The position numbers and the translations under genes were made by a program. Below the pieces are notes generated by a model that did not search any database, had not been told where the DNA came from, and saw only the letters and a list, made by a program, of their open reading frames with translations. Positions 12,659 to 22,983 of a stretch of 64,000 nucleotides of DNA are shown here, one piece after another. Source of the stretch: Escherichia phage SP27; the sequence record LC494302.1. One strand, given 5' to 3'. Positions within the stretch are counted from its first letter, which is position 1. Each line of letters opens with the position of its first letter.

Positions 12659-13084
12659 ATGAAATACAACATTGTTAAAATGGTGAACTATGTATTAAAA
12701 AACAACGCATGGTCACTGCATGATGTACAATTAGAAGATATTGGTGAAGTTAGAGTATTTTGCTATGATCCAGATTTGAATCAAACCACAGATTTGAGTA
12801 AATGTTTTAATATTTTTCTTGGTTATGAATTCAATAATCATTTTTATTCATTTGATGTGTATTTTGAAAAAGTTATATTCAGAAGTTATGAATGTGATAA
12901 TGAAGATTATGATTATGATGATGAATCAATTGAATTGAATGTTAACGATATTGATACTGAAGAAAAATTCTTCCAGTACTGCCTCCTTAACGACATATTA
13001 GGATTAACATTTGAGGACATTAAAGCTATACTTAAAGTTCAAAAGTTGATTCCAGAAGAGGTACTAAATCCATTAAATGACTAG
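12659..13084 (+). CDS. hypothetical protein, FQxST-family
   Basis: 141 aa; C-terminal EEKFFQYCLLNDILGLTFEDIKAIL. Confidence 0.5.
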   Translation: MKYNIVKMVNYVLKNNAWSLHDVQLEDIGEVRVFCYDPDLNQTTDLSKCFNIFLGYEFNNHFYSFDVYFEKVIFRSYECDNEDYDYDDESIELNVNDIDTEEKFFQYCLLNDILGLTFEDIKAILKVQKLIPEEVLNPLND

Positions 13085-13442
13085 TCTAATAGTACGTATA
13101 ATGCAAGATGTTTGTAATAACCTTTATACAGGCAATTTTGACGATCCGAACATAAAAATATTATGTTATGATGGTTTTACAATGGTACATCCATCCTATT
13201 CAAATAATATCTACGTAGCATATACAGGTGAAAATCTATTATATCAATTTGATATATATAGTACAATGACAAAGATAATTTTGGATGCCTCTAAACCAGC
13301 AATCTTTATTGCTTCTCATGATTACCATTACACTGAAGAATCACTATTTCAGTACTCAATGATTAATGACATTGGTGGGTTGACATTGGATGAGGTTAAT
13401 GCTATACTAGCTGTCTCACGTTTGGTTAAAACCCACAATTAG
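13077..13442 (+). CDS. hypothetical protein, FQxST-family
   Basis: 121 aa; C-terminal EESLFQYSMINDIGGLTLDEVNAIL. Confidence 0.5.
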   Translation: MTSLIVRIMQDVCNNLYTGNFDDPNIKILCYDGFTMVHPSYSNNIYVAYTGENLLYQFDIYSTMTKIILDASKPAIFIASHDYHYTEESLFQYSMINDIGGLTLDEVNAILAVSRLVKTHN

Positions 13443-13451
13443 GAGATTCAT

Positions 13452-13643
13452 ATGTTCTGGAATTTATTATGCTTGTTTGGTCGTACATTGGTTCTTGCTA
13501 TTATTCATACACCTGGTATTCGTAATTATGTTTCTTATGAATTTAAGAAAAATTATCACAACAATACTGAAGTTCGTACAACTAAGATGTGCAAAGACTT
13601 CAAGGTAGATGTTCCACCATTCAAGAAGTACGAGGATGAATAA
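13452..13643 (+). CDS. hypothetical small protein
   Basis: 63 aa, GGAGAT RBS. Confidence 0.3.
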   Translation: MFWNLLCLFGRTLVLAIIHTPGIRNYVSYEFKKNYHNNTEVRTTKMCKDFKVDVPPFKKYEDE

Positions 13644-13927
13644 TGGAATTCATTGTTGCACCTGATGAACTTAAAACATTCACGTTCAGAGATAATAACA
13701 ATTATCCTTATACAAATCATTCATTGAATTCATTACATGTTATTGCAATCATTGCATCTGAATACAGGGATAATCCATGTATTGATTTTAAAACCACTGA
13801 TGGCGAATATACATGGGTGTTCCCAAAAGATAAATATAGTTATCAAGGGGCAGTAGAAATTCGTGACTCGATTCTAAAACAAATCGAAGATGGAAATACT
13901 CATCCTAAACTAAACACTCAGTACTGA
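13643..13927 (+). CDS. hypothetical protein
   Basis: 94 aa, TAATG-coupled. Confidence 0.4.
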   Translation: MEFIVAPDELKTFTFRDNNNYPYTNHSLNSLHVIAIIASEYRDNPCIDFKTTDGEYTWVFPKDKYSYQGAVEIRDSILKQIEDGNTHPKLNTQY

Positions 13928-13940
13928 AATCGTTTAACCC

Positions 13941-13995
13941 GATAGCTTCTAGTCAGTACTGATTCCTCCTTATGTATAGAAGCTATCACTTTTTT
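13941..13995 (+). terminator. intrinsic terminator with TCAGTACTGA in loop
   Basis: Stem GATAGCTTCTA/TAGAAGCTATC followed by TTTTTT. Confidence 0.5.
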
Positions 13996-14114
13996 ACGTA
14001 TAATGATATTACCCTCAAATTCATTATATTCGTTACCCTCTAACAGTATCTTTTTATTCCTCTTGGATGCTGTAATTTAGAAGTTGACTTTTTAACTTCT
14101 ACTGTGTTATACTT

Positions 14115-14145
14115 AAGGCTGATTCGATGAATCGGCCTTTTTTCT
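14115..14145 (+). terminator. intrinsic terminator
   Basis: GGCTGATTC-gat-GAATCGGCC hairpin plus T6. Confidence 0.5.
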
Positions 14146-14161
14146 TATATAGGTGAATGCA

Positions 14162-14581
14162 ATGAGTTATTTGTTTACTTTAATTGATAAGTATGTTGAC
14201 ATTGTATACCGTCAAGTTTGTAGTGATACGTTTGAAACAAAAAACCCAATTAGAGATGGCATTTTTGATGTTGTCGTTGGATCATTTTTGAATGGATACA
14301 CAGAGACATTATACAACAGTAATAATATTTTTATTTCAGTTCAATCCAGACATACATCAGACTATGCTGTTAGCATTGATATTTGGGAAAATAATATAGA
14401 AATAGATATAACGGAACATACTAACATTCATGTTGATGATACATTTAATCAATTAACTGAAGAAATGTACTTGCAGTTGAATTTTGTACATGATCTTACA
14501 AATATCAGTTATGATACATTAAGGAAAATATGTTTTCTTAGTGGGGTGATCCGTAGTAATATGAGTAAGGATAGGAAGTGA
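14162..14581 (+). CDS. hypothetical protein, FQxST-like family
   Basis: Start at MSYLF; C-terminal TEEMYLQLNFVHDLTNISYDTL. Confidence 0.45.
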   Translation: MSYLFTLIDKYVDIVYRQVCSDTFETKNPIRDGIFDVVVGSFLNGYTETLYNSNNIFISVQSRHTSDYAVSIDIWENNIEIDITEHTNIHVDDTFNQLTEEMYLQLNFVHDLTNISYDTLRKICFLSGVIRSNMSKDRK

Positions 14582-14582
14582 A

Positions 14583-14999
14583 ATGTTAAAAATTCCACCT
14601 AAGTCGTTAACACATCTTATTGAATGTGGTGTAATATTTTCCGAAGGTGATACCTCATCATACACATTGGTCGATGAACCTTATAATTTTTCATACCAAT
14701 CTTATAAAAATAATTCTAAAATTTCTTGTAGATATGCTGAAAACATATTAATAGATGTTTCGTTACATAATGTTCCGAAATTTTACATTGATATCTTTGG
14801 TGATTCTTTGACAATTCGAACATATGATTATTTTATTAATAAAGACCTCTTGAGTCTTCCAATTGAACATGATACTATAGATTCAGAGATGTTCTTTCAA
14901 CTATCAACAGTTTACGATTTACAGGGTTTAACTGTTGAGCAGTTGAATGGAATATTTGAGATTTCACGAAACATACGAAGCAGGAATAAAAATGTCTAA
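14583..14999 (+). CDS. hypothetical protein, FQxST-family
   Basis: 138 aa; C-terminal SEMFFQLSTVYDLQGLTVEQLNGI. Confidence 0.5.
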   Translation: MLKIPPKSLTHLIECGVIFSEGDTSSYTLVDEPYNFSYQSYKNNSKISCRYAENILIDVSLHNVPKFYIDIFGDSLTIRTYDYFINKDLLSLPIEHDTIDSEMFFQLSTVYDLQGLTVEQLNGIFEISRNIRSRNKNV

Positions 15000-15393
15000 T
15001 ATTTTAAATGAAAAAACAGTTGATGTTGTTATTGGTGTTCTTAACACCGCAACTTCATTTCAGAAGAAACACAGTGTTGTATACTTTGGTGAAGATTGTT
15101 GGCTGAACTATACTAATAATTCGTTTATAATTCGTGTAGAGGCTGATGATATTGGATTAACCGTTCAGGTAGGATGTGCCAAAACTGACAAACAAATCAC
15201 TGTCATTGTTGATAAACTTACGTCTTCTTTTTATGATAGTATAGATGATTGTGAACACTATAGTTCAACATTTTATGATACAGAAGAAGAACATTTTATG
15301 GAAAGTACTGTTCAAGAGTTAGCTATTCCATATAAGCTAATGAAAGCCGTGAGTGATTTAATTTTAAAATATAAAAAAAATAGGAGTTACTAA
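14992..15393 (+). CDS. hypothetical protein, FQxST-family
   Basis: Start at MSNILNEK overlapping upstream stop; C-terminal EEEHFMESTVQELA. Confidence 0.45.
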   Translation: MSNILNEKTVDVVIGVLNTATSFQKKHSVVYFGEDCWLNYTNNSFIIRVEADDIGLTVQVGCAKTDKQITVIVDKLTSSFYDSIDDCEHYSSTFYDTEEEHFMESTVQELAIPYKLMKAVSDLILKYKKNRSY

Positions 15394-15839
15394 TGCAATT
15401 TAATGGTAAAGTTTCCAAAGTAGGTTTGGTTTTTGAAAACTGTGAATTTGTTGATATTGATGTAAAGAATGTTTTATGGATGCATATTGCTGATGAGAAG
15501 ACTCTTTGTAGCCGTTTTTCAAACGGACTGACAATTAGTACTGTTATCGGTGAGTTCGGTATTGCATTACGCAGCAATACACCATCGGATTTCATGGACA
15601 ACTCTACACTGTTAGACCGTTTAAAAATGCGTGACGTTACACACGTTTATCTATATGATACTAACGGTGTTGAACAGCGTTATGTAGTTGAATGGGCTAA
15701 TTATAACCTTAGTGATCAATATTCAGTAAACCAGCGTGTTCAAATCACCCCTGGTGGTAATATTGTGTTTGTTAGTTCAACTGGTAAATTAATCAGTGTA
15801 GATGATAAAAACATTGACCTATTCACAGCATATAACTAA
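15393..15839 (+). CDS. hypothetical protein
   Basis: 148 aa, TAATG-coupled. Confidence 0.5.
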   Translation: MQFNGKVSKVGLVFENCEFVDIDVKNVLWMHIADEKTLCSRFSNGLTISTVIGEFGIALRSNTPSDFMDNSTLLDRLKMRDVTHVYLYDTNGVEQRYVVEWANYNLSDQYSVNQRVQITPGGNIVFVSSTGKLISVDDKNIDLFTAYN

Positions 15840-15850
15840 TACGAGCTTCC

Positions 15851-16270
15851 ATGAAAACAATCAAAATTCATTTCAAAGACACTTGGACAGAAGTAAGTAC
15901 TGGTAATATTCAGGATATTTTATATAGTACTGAAACTATTCATGTTTATGATGAAGAGACTGCTTCCGAGCAGTTAAAAGTTTTGCATCGTAGTGTTGGT
16001 GTGCACACTGAATATGGCATTAAACATACTCGTGAATTACTTAATACTAATCACATTGAAACCCGTAAAGCAAACTTATCAAAAGAAGAAATGTTCGATT
16101 TCATCCTGAACCATAAAGTTCATATTGAGCCTGATGGGTCTATATGGGAGAACACTGCTGGACAAAAAGTGCTGAAAAAATATCATGTTTCAATTGATAA
16201 TGTAAAAATGTCAGGGTATGATTTGGAAGATGCAATTAATGAATATGTATCTAGGCAGAGGGCAAATTGA
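15851..16270 (+). CDS. hypothetical protein
   Basis: 139 aa ORF. Confidence 0.5.
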   Translation: MKTIKIHFKDTWTEVSTGNIQDILYSTETIHVYDEETASEQLKVLHRSVGVHTEYGIKHTRELLNTNHIETRKANLSKEEMFDFILNHKVHIEPDGSIWENTAGQKVLKKYHVSIDNVKMSGYDLEDAINEYVSRQRAN

Positions 16271-16641
16271 TGAGCTTGATAACATTTACAATTATTTGTT
16301 GCATTACTATTGTACTTTGTCGCCTGATTCATGTATACTCATATCATAAAGCGTTGCGAATCGAACAAGAGATTTACAACGAAAACCGAGAACCAGAACC
16401 AGTCAAGAAGCCACCATCACCTTATGGGTTGAAACGTGAGATGCATTCTCAAAGTAAAAAGTGGGGTTATGCAATTACTAAAAATGGCTACATCTATACT
16501 GCAAGTAATGGTTATTTTCAAATTCACCACGAATTAGAAGTGGCAGTTCAAATTTTGTGGGAGATGGAGGACATTGGTGGTTATGAGCGTACTAAGTTTG
16601 AATTCATATCAAATGATCCAGGAACTTCACGAGAAACATGA
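16270..16641 (+). CDS. membrane-anchored hypothetical protein
   Basis: ATG overlapping upstream TGA; N-terminal TM helix. Confidence 0.45.
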   Translation: MSLITFTIICCITIVLCRLIHVYSYHKALRIEQEIYNENREPEPVKKPPSPYGLKREMHSQSKKWGYAITKNGYIYTASNGYFQIHHELEVAVQILWEMEDIGGYERTKFEFISNDPGTSRET

Positions 16642-16786
16642 TATAATTGTTGATGTGGAGAAGAAGGAAGTCGTTATGAAAAAGCAAGCATATAGAATTT
16701 TAGAAGACTTCCATCTAAAAGCATTTATAATGAAGTTCTGTACAGATGAACATCTTACCGGACGAGTAATACGTAAGGAGTTGTAA

Positions 16787-17128
16787 ATGAACTTAAGTTC
16801 AACAATTCAGTACTTGAGCAGTAACTTCGAGAAAATTATTTCTCGCGGTGGGATGATTGTACACCCAGAAACAGAGGAAATGTACATCATTGGATTTGAT
16901 AAAAATTCTTATGATCAAGTACTTGTAATTTCCAAGTTAGAAAGTTATAATGAAGTTGTTCAGTTTTGCTGTACCGAATTTGGTATCTATATTAAAGACG
17001 CTGAAACTAATACAATTTCGCATTATTTTTACCACACACTGATGGGTACTAAAGACTTCGGCTTGAAGTTCGATGATTTAGTACAATGTCACTATATGTT
17101 TAAAACCTTCCCAGCTAGTGGGCATTAA
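16787..17128 (+). CDS. hypothetical protein
   Basis: 113 aa, AAGGAG RBS. Confidence 0.45.
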   Translation: MNLSSTIQYLSSNFEKIISRGGMIVHPETEEMYIIGFDKNSYDQVLVISKLESYNEVVQFCCTEFGIYIKDAETNTISHYFYHTLMGTKDFGLKFDDLVQCHYMFKTFPASGH

Positions 17129-17141
17129 GGAGTATATCAAT

Positions 17142-17930
17142 ATGAGCAACATTTTCTTCAAAACTATTTCTTTCAAAAAAGCATCTTACTCCTACGCCTA
17201 CGTTGATGGTAAAGTGCTTAATATTGTACTGGATGGTGTTGACGTACCAGTTGAATTTAAAACACATGAAGAAGCAGTTGAAGGTGCTAAAGAATTGAAT
17301 TCAATTCTTAATGGTGAAGTAAGTCAAAAACAACATGTAAAATCTGATTTAGATGTACTTTTGGAAAAAATCAAAACTGGTGAAGTATTAGAAATTTTAG
17401 ACAACTGTAATGAAAAACTTCGTAATGTAGTTAATAATGTTCGTGACCAGATTCAAGAAAAAGCACTAGAGCAAGCATTCAAACATGTATCCAAGAATGC
17501 TGAATCTCGTATTGACGGTATGGTTAAAAATCTTGATGATGTACTATCTCATCTCTTTACTAAAGAATACGAACAAGAAGTTGAAGAAGAACCAGTAAAA
17601 GAAACTAAAAAAGAAAAACGTAGCTTTGGCTCAGGTGATGATGTGTTTGGTTTTACGAATGTCAGAACAAGTGCAGATGAACCAAAAGAAATTAGTGAGA
17701 TGCTCATTGGTGACATGACAACTAAGCAGCTTCGTAATGAAATTGACAAGTTTGTAACTAGTTGTATCAAATCAGAACGTGCACAAAGTATGTTTAAAAG
17801 CATTAGTGAGAACTTTGGTCCAGAAGCAACTGAGCAGGCACTAACTGCATTTAAAGAATTGATTTATAATGTAGCCATTAGCAATCCAGATAAAACACTT
17901 GAAGAAGTTCTACGTGACAATTTCAAATAA
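17142..17930 (+). CDS. acidic coiled-coil hypothetical protein
   Basis: Start at MSNIFFK after TAAGGAG RBS; 262 aa, E/K-rich. Confidence 0.5.
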   Translation: MSNIFFKTISFKKASYSYAYVDGKVLNIVLDGVDVPVEFKTHEEAVEGAKELNSILNGEVSQKQHVKSDLDVLLEKIKTGEVLEILDNCNEKLRNVVNNVRDQIQEKALEQAFKHVSKNAESRIDGMVKNLDDVLSHLFTKEYEQEVEEEPVKETKKEKRSFGSGDDVFGFTNVRTSADEPKEISEMLIGDMTTKQLRNEIDKFVTSCIKSERAQSMFKSISENFGPEATEQALTAFKELIYNVAISNPDKTLEEVLRDNFK

Positions 17931-17942
17931 TTAGATAAAATT

Positions 17943-17971
17943 AAAGCCACTACAATGTAGTGGCTTTTTTT
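17943..17971. terminator. bidirectional intrinsic terminator
   Basis: AAAGCCACTACA-atg-TAGTGGCTTTTTTT between convergent genes. Confidence 0.6.
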
Positions 17972-17972
17972 A

Positions 17973-19127
17973 TTATGCGTTGTAACCAACTATTACGACT
18001 GAGCAGTCAAGCGGTTCTACTACTTTAAGAATTACATTATCATCTTCATCCACTTGTATTTCACTATGAACTACATGATTGTCTGAAGAATATAATTGAA
18101 CTTGTGGTAGTGCTTTACCATGTTCAGTTACTGGAACTGAGATAGAGTACATAGAGTCTTCACCGAGAACCCACTCACTTAAAGTATATTCTTTATGGAA
18201 AGGAGTAGTATGCAGTGTTTTTCCGATTATACTCAAAGAAACAGGTAAATTATCAGTTTGATACACAGTAATATTACCTTCTGCGTCTACAGAAAGATCT
18301 ACACCAACTTGATATAAGTCACCACTGTATGCTTGAAGTGCTAAGTACTGTCCACGATCATGAACATCAAATGGAACAACCGCAGAAAATACACCTTCCG
18401 AAACAGGTTCAAATTGGGATAGAAGAACTGATGTAACAAAATCAATATCCTCACCACTTTCAAGAACATCAAATTCCACCACTTTAGTGTTATAATATGG
18501 AGAAGTGAGCGTAGCAGTACCTTTCCCTGATTGTGTGATAACATCAACTGGAATTGTAAATGCATCATTAACAAATTGGGTAGTAAAGTATTCTGTCCCG
18601 TCTGGTAATACGATTGTTATTACCATACCGTTAGTATCAATTTCTGAACCAGTGTTGAATAATTTACCACTAATTGAGTCATTACCAACAAATACTGGTG
18701 AAATGAGAATATTATCTATATCACGATCTATAATACCACATTCAGGTGTATACATATGATACAAGGTTTGTGAACTACCTAAAATTGTTTTATGTAGCAT
18801 AAATTTATATACAAATCCAGTATCAGTTTCTTGTGGCTCTTCAGAATATCCACGAACAAAGAAACAATTTTTATTAATTTCACTTAATAGTTGGTCATTA
18901 GTTTTATTGTAATTTAATATATAACCTTTATTATCTTTAGTTGTTATTTGTACTTTACGATATATTATATTAGTTCTTGGATCAACTAAATCATATAATC
19001 TATGGCTTCTTTGGCGATAGATTCTAATATTTTTTAGTCTAGTTCCATCGTTGAGGATTGCACCATCAACAACATAACCACATTCACCAAACTTATAGCG
19101 TCCAGCCGCAGCAATTGACCTTGACAT
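17973..19127 (-). CDS. hypothetical protein (beta-rich; only large minus-strand gene in early region)
   Basis: 384 aa ORF, GGAGGGATAAATG RBS, convergent terminator. Confidence 0.55.
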   Translation of the reverse strand: MSRSIAAAGRYKFGECGYVVDGAILNDGTRLKNIRIYRQRSHRLYDLVDPRTNIIYRKVQITTKDNKGYILNYNKTNDQLLSEINKNCFFVRGYSEEPQETDTGFVYKFMLHKTILGSSQTLYHMYTPECGIIDRDIDNILISPVFVGNDSISGKLFNTGSEIDTNGMVITIVLPDGTEYFTTQFVNDAFTIPVDVITQSGKGTATLTSPYYNTKVVEFDVLESGEDIDFVTSVLLSQFEPVSEGVFSAVVPFDVHDRGQYLALQAYSGDLYQVGVDLSVDAEGNITVYQTDNLPVSLSIIGKTLHTTPFHKEYTLSEWVLGEDSMYSISVPVTEHGKALPQVQLYSSDNHVVHSEIQVDEDDNVILKVVEPLDCSVVIVGYNA

Positions 19128-19243
19128 TTATCCCTCCATTGGTATAATTATTATAACGTATTTATTATGCATATCCAAAAAATGAGCTTGACTGGTGTAT
19201 GATTTGGTGTTATCATGTAGTGAATGAATAATGAGGTGTTTTT

Positions 19244-19828
19244 ATGAATGTTATTGATAATAGATTAGTACTGAAAAATGGAAAAATGACTGTTAAGTTA
19301 TATAAAGATGAAGCTGATTCTTTTATGGCAAAAGCGATTGAAAAATCAGAACGATATAAACTTTTGGCTCCAGCAAGTAAATCGCCATATGGTTTTAATC
19401 ATGCACATAGTCATTTTGTTGGTATGGTGTGTGAGCACGCATCTTTAGTACTTTTTAATGAAATTGAAAACAATACTGGTATTAAACTTAATATCGATCC
19501 AGCATTCCAAAATGAAGCACGTGACGGTGAATGTGATATTAAGGTAAACAACCTTCGTATTGAAGTAAAAGGTATCAAGTATAAATCATGGACTGACTTT
19601 GGACCATGTGTTAGTACTCGACAGTTAAAAAATATCCAGAAAAAAGCTGACGTAATACTATGGGTATTGTATAATGAGAAAAAACAAGAGTTCACGTTTG
19701 AGGGATTCAACTATGTAAAAGATATTAGTTCTATCCCAGTTATCCTCACTGGTGTACCAGGGCGACCAATGATTGAAAATCACCCAGTACTCGGTATTAT
19801 GAAACCACTACAGGAGTTACCATTGTGA
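19244..19828 (+). CDS. hypothetical protein; possible PD-(D/E)xK-like nuclease
   Basis: 194 aa; D..ECDIKV..IEVKG spacing weakly nuclease-like. Confidence 0.45.
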   Translation: MNVIDNRLVLKNGKMTVKLYKDEADSFMAKAIEKSERYKLLAPASKSPYGFNHAHSHFVGMVCEHASLVLFNEIENNTGIKLNIDPAFQNEARDGECDIKVNNLRIEVKGIKYKSWTDFGPCVSTRQLKNIQKKADVILWVLYNEKKQEFTFEGFNYVKDISSIPVILTGVPGRPMIENHPVLGIMKPLQELPL

Positions 19829-20052
19829 TTACTGCAACTGTATATCAAGATATCAATGAAGAATTTCATTCTAAAATTGCGTTCTTATCATTTCCTGTAC
19901 TCCCAGTAGTTGGGTCAACGTTGAATCTTACCATTTGTGGGTTTGAGAAATATTATAAAGTTCTAGATATTGAGTACTGTGCTGATGTATATTCATGTAA
20001 TAGTGAAATTGCAATTCCAGTATCAATCGATATTATTGTAAAAGAGGTTTGA
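19825..20052 (+). CDS. hypothetical protein
   Basis: 75 aa, GTGA overlap. Confidence 0.4.
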   Translation: MITATVYQDINEEFHSKIAFLSFPVLPVVGSTLNLTICGFEKYYKVLDIEYCADVYSCNSEIAIPVSIDIIVKEV

Positions 20053-20054
20053 TT

Positions 20055-20510
20055 ATGTTTAAGAATTTTATGGTTATCGTAGCAGTACTGTTTGGTACAT
20101 CATGTTTTATTTCCCCAGTACACGCAGAAGAACAACGTCAAACTATTAAAACTATTGGGACTGGTAAAACTCCCCCTAAACGTACTGCTGACGAATACAT
20201 GCCTGAAATGCGTGAACGTTATCGTCAGACATACAGGGAAAAACATGCTAATGATAAACCCATCAAGAAGCATAAATGGGAAGTTGTTAAATCTCCTTCA
20301 TTTTGTGCTGGATATGCTAAAGTAAAGATTGAGCAGCACAAAAACCAGTACTATAAAGATATGTATTACTTCTATGACTCCAGAATTTCTGACACAGATA
20401 TGATGGCAGGGAAGGTTGATAAAGAAGAATTTCTACAAGGCTATGATATGATGGACGATGACAAAATCATGGAATGCGTTGAAGTGTATGAAAAATACAG
20501 AGGCTTCTGA
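20055..20510 (+). CDS. secreted hypothetical protein
   Basis: Signal peptide MFKNFMVIVAVLFGTSCFISPVHA; AAAGAGG RBS. Confidence 0.5.
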   Translation: MFKNFMVIVAVLFGTSCFISPVHAEEQRQTIKTIGTGKTPPKRTADEYMPEMRERYRQTYREKHANDKPIKKHKWEVVKSPSFCAGYAKVKIEQHKNQYYKDMYYFYDSRISDTDMMAGKVDKEEFLQGYDMMDDDKIMECVEVYEKYRGF

Positions 20511-20986
20511 TGTTAACAATAGTGTTGTTGGTAAGTCCATTTGTGTATTTTGTGCTGTATAATATTTTTAGTAATGCTAATCATTTTAAATATGCACAAA
20601 CAATTGCAAAGCATGAAGGTTTTTGGAATTTTTTCCCAGCATTACTATGCTCATATCTATACCATGAACGCTATTTCATTTTTCCTGAATATAAAAATTA
20701 TGGTTATGATTCTAAAGTAAATGGTATAATTGAGTACTGTATAAGAAATTATCTTAATAATAATGATAACGTCCAAGTAAGAATAGGAAATGGTAATATA
20801 TCAAGAATAGTTTTCATACCTGATATACAAGATCCAATATACTTATATCCATATGATTATAGTATTAGTGTAGGTTGTTCGATACATGGTAGTAAATCTA
20901 TGTACGATTACTTTATCTTACCACCAACACAAATTAGATTAATAGAAAAATATTTGAGGGAAAAGTTTGACAACAAAGATTCTTAG
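20510..20986 (+). CDS. membrane-anchored hypothetical protein
   Basis: 158 aa, N-terminal TM helix. Confidence 0.45.
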   Translation: MLTIVLLVSPFVYFVLYNIFSNANHFKYAQTIAKHEGFWNFFPALLCSYLYHERYFIFPEYKNYGYDSKVNGIIEYCIRNYLNNNDNVQVRIGNGNISRIVFIPDIQDPIYLYPYDYSISVGCSIHGSKSMYDYFILPPTQIRLIEKYLREKFDNKDS

Positions 20987-21027
20987 TATTATAATTAACA
21001 CACCAAGTAACCCAAGGGGGATGGAAA

Positions 21028-21486
21028 ATGGATGTATTAGCTACAAATTTCAAACGTAATGTTGAAGAGCGTGAAGGTTATTTTAGTATTAGTGAAGTTG
21101 TCGATGACAATTTTAAACAATACATTTTTAATAGTGCAATTAAATTAAAATGCACAAAAGATTCACCTGATCGTAGCTTTACTAAATGGATTGCGTATTG
21201 GGAAGATTCACCAGTTGCAATTGAAATGACTGTGATTACAACAGTACTTGAAACTGGTTACATCAAAGCCATTATAGTTGATAAGAAAGTCCGTACTCTT
21301 GATGAAATTAATCCATATCCAGCCCGAAATTCTAAAGTTTTTGGTGTATTGGTTGATGGTAAATTTATGATAGAAAAAGATGCAAAGGAATATGTAATTA
21401 ATAAACTTCAAACTACAGCAGAAAAAAAAGAAGTAGTGGATCAAAACTCAGTTGATGCAATCAAAAAAGCATGGGGACTAAAGTGA
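21028..21486 (+). CDS. hypothetical protein
   Basis: 152 aa, GGGGGATGG RBS. Confidence 0.5.
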   Translation: MDVLATNFKRNVEEREGYFSISEVVDDNFKQYIFNSAIKLKCTKDSPDRSFTKWIAYWEDSPVAIEMTVITTVLETGYIKAIIVDKKVRTLDEINPYPARNSKVFGVLVDGKFMIEKDAKEYVINKLQTTAEKKEVVDQNSVDAIKKAWGLK

Positions 21487-21487
21487 T

Positions 21488-21910
21488 ATGTTCACACTAA
21501 GTAATGCAAAATATCTTTTTCTTATTGGTATTATTGGTTGGGTTATGGCTCCAGTGCTAAATGCACTGGGGTTTTCCGATGAACATAAACTTGTAAATGT
21601 TTCAGGTTTAATTCAGGGTATTTCATGGTATACATTAATTACATTTTCAGTGTGCATCAATACATTTGCCCGTGATTATCGACGTTTGTTATATCTGAAA
21701 GTATTTGGAACTACACGATATAGTTTTGTTTACACTTTCATTTTATTACCGTGCATGTTATATGCATTTGTATTTGATTACTATACATATCTATGGGTAT
21801 GTGGAACTATGTTTGTTATGTTGGAATACATCAGAACTGTTCAAAACTCATATGCCGATGAGTTTCATGATCTAGAAGTTAAACGAAAATTAACGGAGCT
21901 AAACAAATGA
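21488..21910 (+). CDS. multi-TM membrane protein
   Basis: 140 aa, about 4 hydrophobic helices. Confidence 0.45.
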   Translation: MFTLSNAKYLFLIGIIGWVMAPVLNALGFSDEHKLVNVSGLIQGISWYTLITFSVCINTFARDYRRLLYLKVFGTTRYSFVYTFILLPCMLYAFVFDYYTYLWVCGTMFVMLEYIRTVQNSYADEFHDLEVKRKLTELNK

Positions 21911-22332
21911 GAGGCTATAATAAGATTTGTATTTTTGTATTTTTAGTTTGTGCATTCAATTCGTTTGGTTACTACTGTACAGAAAATAATATTTCATATG
22001 GTTTAAATCCTTTGTGGTTTACAATTTCCAATGTAGCACAAATTGGTATTGCTCTTATGTCTGCACTTATGTTCTGTCCAATTGTCACTATGGATACGGA
22101 TCATGAAAGGCTTGGATTTCTCCGTGATACTGGAGACGAACCTTACAGTAGATTGATTGTGTTGTATCCATTTATTGTTATTTTAGGTACTAACATCCAA
22201 CTTGGGTCATTATCTAATAGTGTTACATCAGCAGCTATTGCTATATTTGCATTCACATTTTTTATGGTACACAAATCAGTACTTAATTGGTATATCACAA
22301 AAATGGCAGAAGAAGGTACTAAAAATACTTGA
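21907..22332 (+). CDS. multi-TM membrane protein
   Basis: 141 aa, hydrophobic, ATGA-coupled. Confidence 0.45.
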   Translation: MRGYNKICIFVFLVCAFNSFGYYCTENNISYGLNPLWFTISNVAQIGIALMSALMFCPIVTMDTDHERLGFLRDTGDEPYSRLIVLYPFIVILGTNIQLGSLSNSVTSAAIAIFAFTFFMVHKSVLNWYITKMAEEGTKNT

Positions 22333-22357
22333 CATAATTTAGTATGTTATATATAAT
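22329..22357 (+). promoter_or_regulatory. sigma70-like promoter
   Basis: TTGACA, 17 bp, TATAAT. Confidence 0.5.
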
Positions 22358-22391
22358 TATTTTGTTAAAAACAAATTAGAGTAAGGAACTT

Positions 22392-22643
22392 ATGAACATC
22401 GATACGGTCAAAGAACTTAGTGCTGCACTAATTAAGAATGAAGAAGTTTGTGAAGAACTTCGCAGTACTATCAAAGTTGAGTACGCACGACTCCAAGGTA
22501 TGCTTCAAGAATCAGAATGGGTAGTAACTAAATCTATCGAAGCAATCTATAAGGATATCGAATCCCTTTTCAACAAGAAAAGTAAGATTGAATCTGATTC
22601 ATATAACAAACGTAAAGAGTTATCTACTGCACTTGGTATCTAA
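22392..22643 (+). CDS. hypothetical protein
   Basis: 83 aa, GTAAGGAAC RBS. Confidence 0.45.
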   Translation: MNIDTVKELSAALIKNEEVCEELRSTIKVEYARLQGMLQESEWVVTKSIEAIYKDIESLFNKKSKIESDSYNKRKELSTALGI

Positions 22644-22649
22644 AAGTAT

Positions 22650-22679
22650 TTGACATAACAAATAATATGGAGTACAATG
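22650..22679 (+). promoter_or_regulatory. sigma70-like promoter
   Basis: TTGACA, 18 bp, TACAAT. Confidence 0.45.
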
Positions 22680-22717
22680 TGCTCCTAATTTAATTATCAG
22701 CTAGAAAGGAAAACATT

Positions 22718-22978
22718 ATGAAATCTATTCTCGTTGCAGTTAACCTAGTTGCTTCCCCATCTTTCAACTTCAAACAAGTGGTTGCTGATAATCTGAAGAA
22801 GATCTGTCCAAACGCTGAATTAACTTTCTGTGTGTTTGATTCAGAAAAAGTAACTAAAGTTGATCTAAACTATCTTTTGAACGAAGTAAAAAGCGTTTCT
22901 GGTGAAAGTAACTTAAAAGTTCTTCATGATATTGCTGATGATTATGATGATACACTTGTAATTTCGGAGAAATTCTAA
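22718..22978 (+). CDS. hypothetical protein
   Basis: 86 aa, AAAGGAAA RBS. Confidence 0.45.
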   Translation: MKSILVAVNLVASPSFNFKQVVADNLKKICPNAELTFCVFDSEKVTKVDLNYLLNEVKSVSGESNLKVLHDIADDYDDTLVISEKF

Positions 22979-22983
22979 ATAAA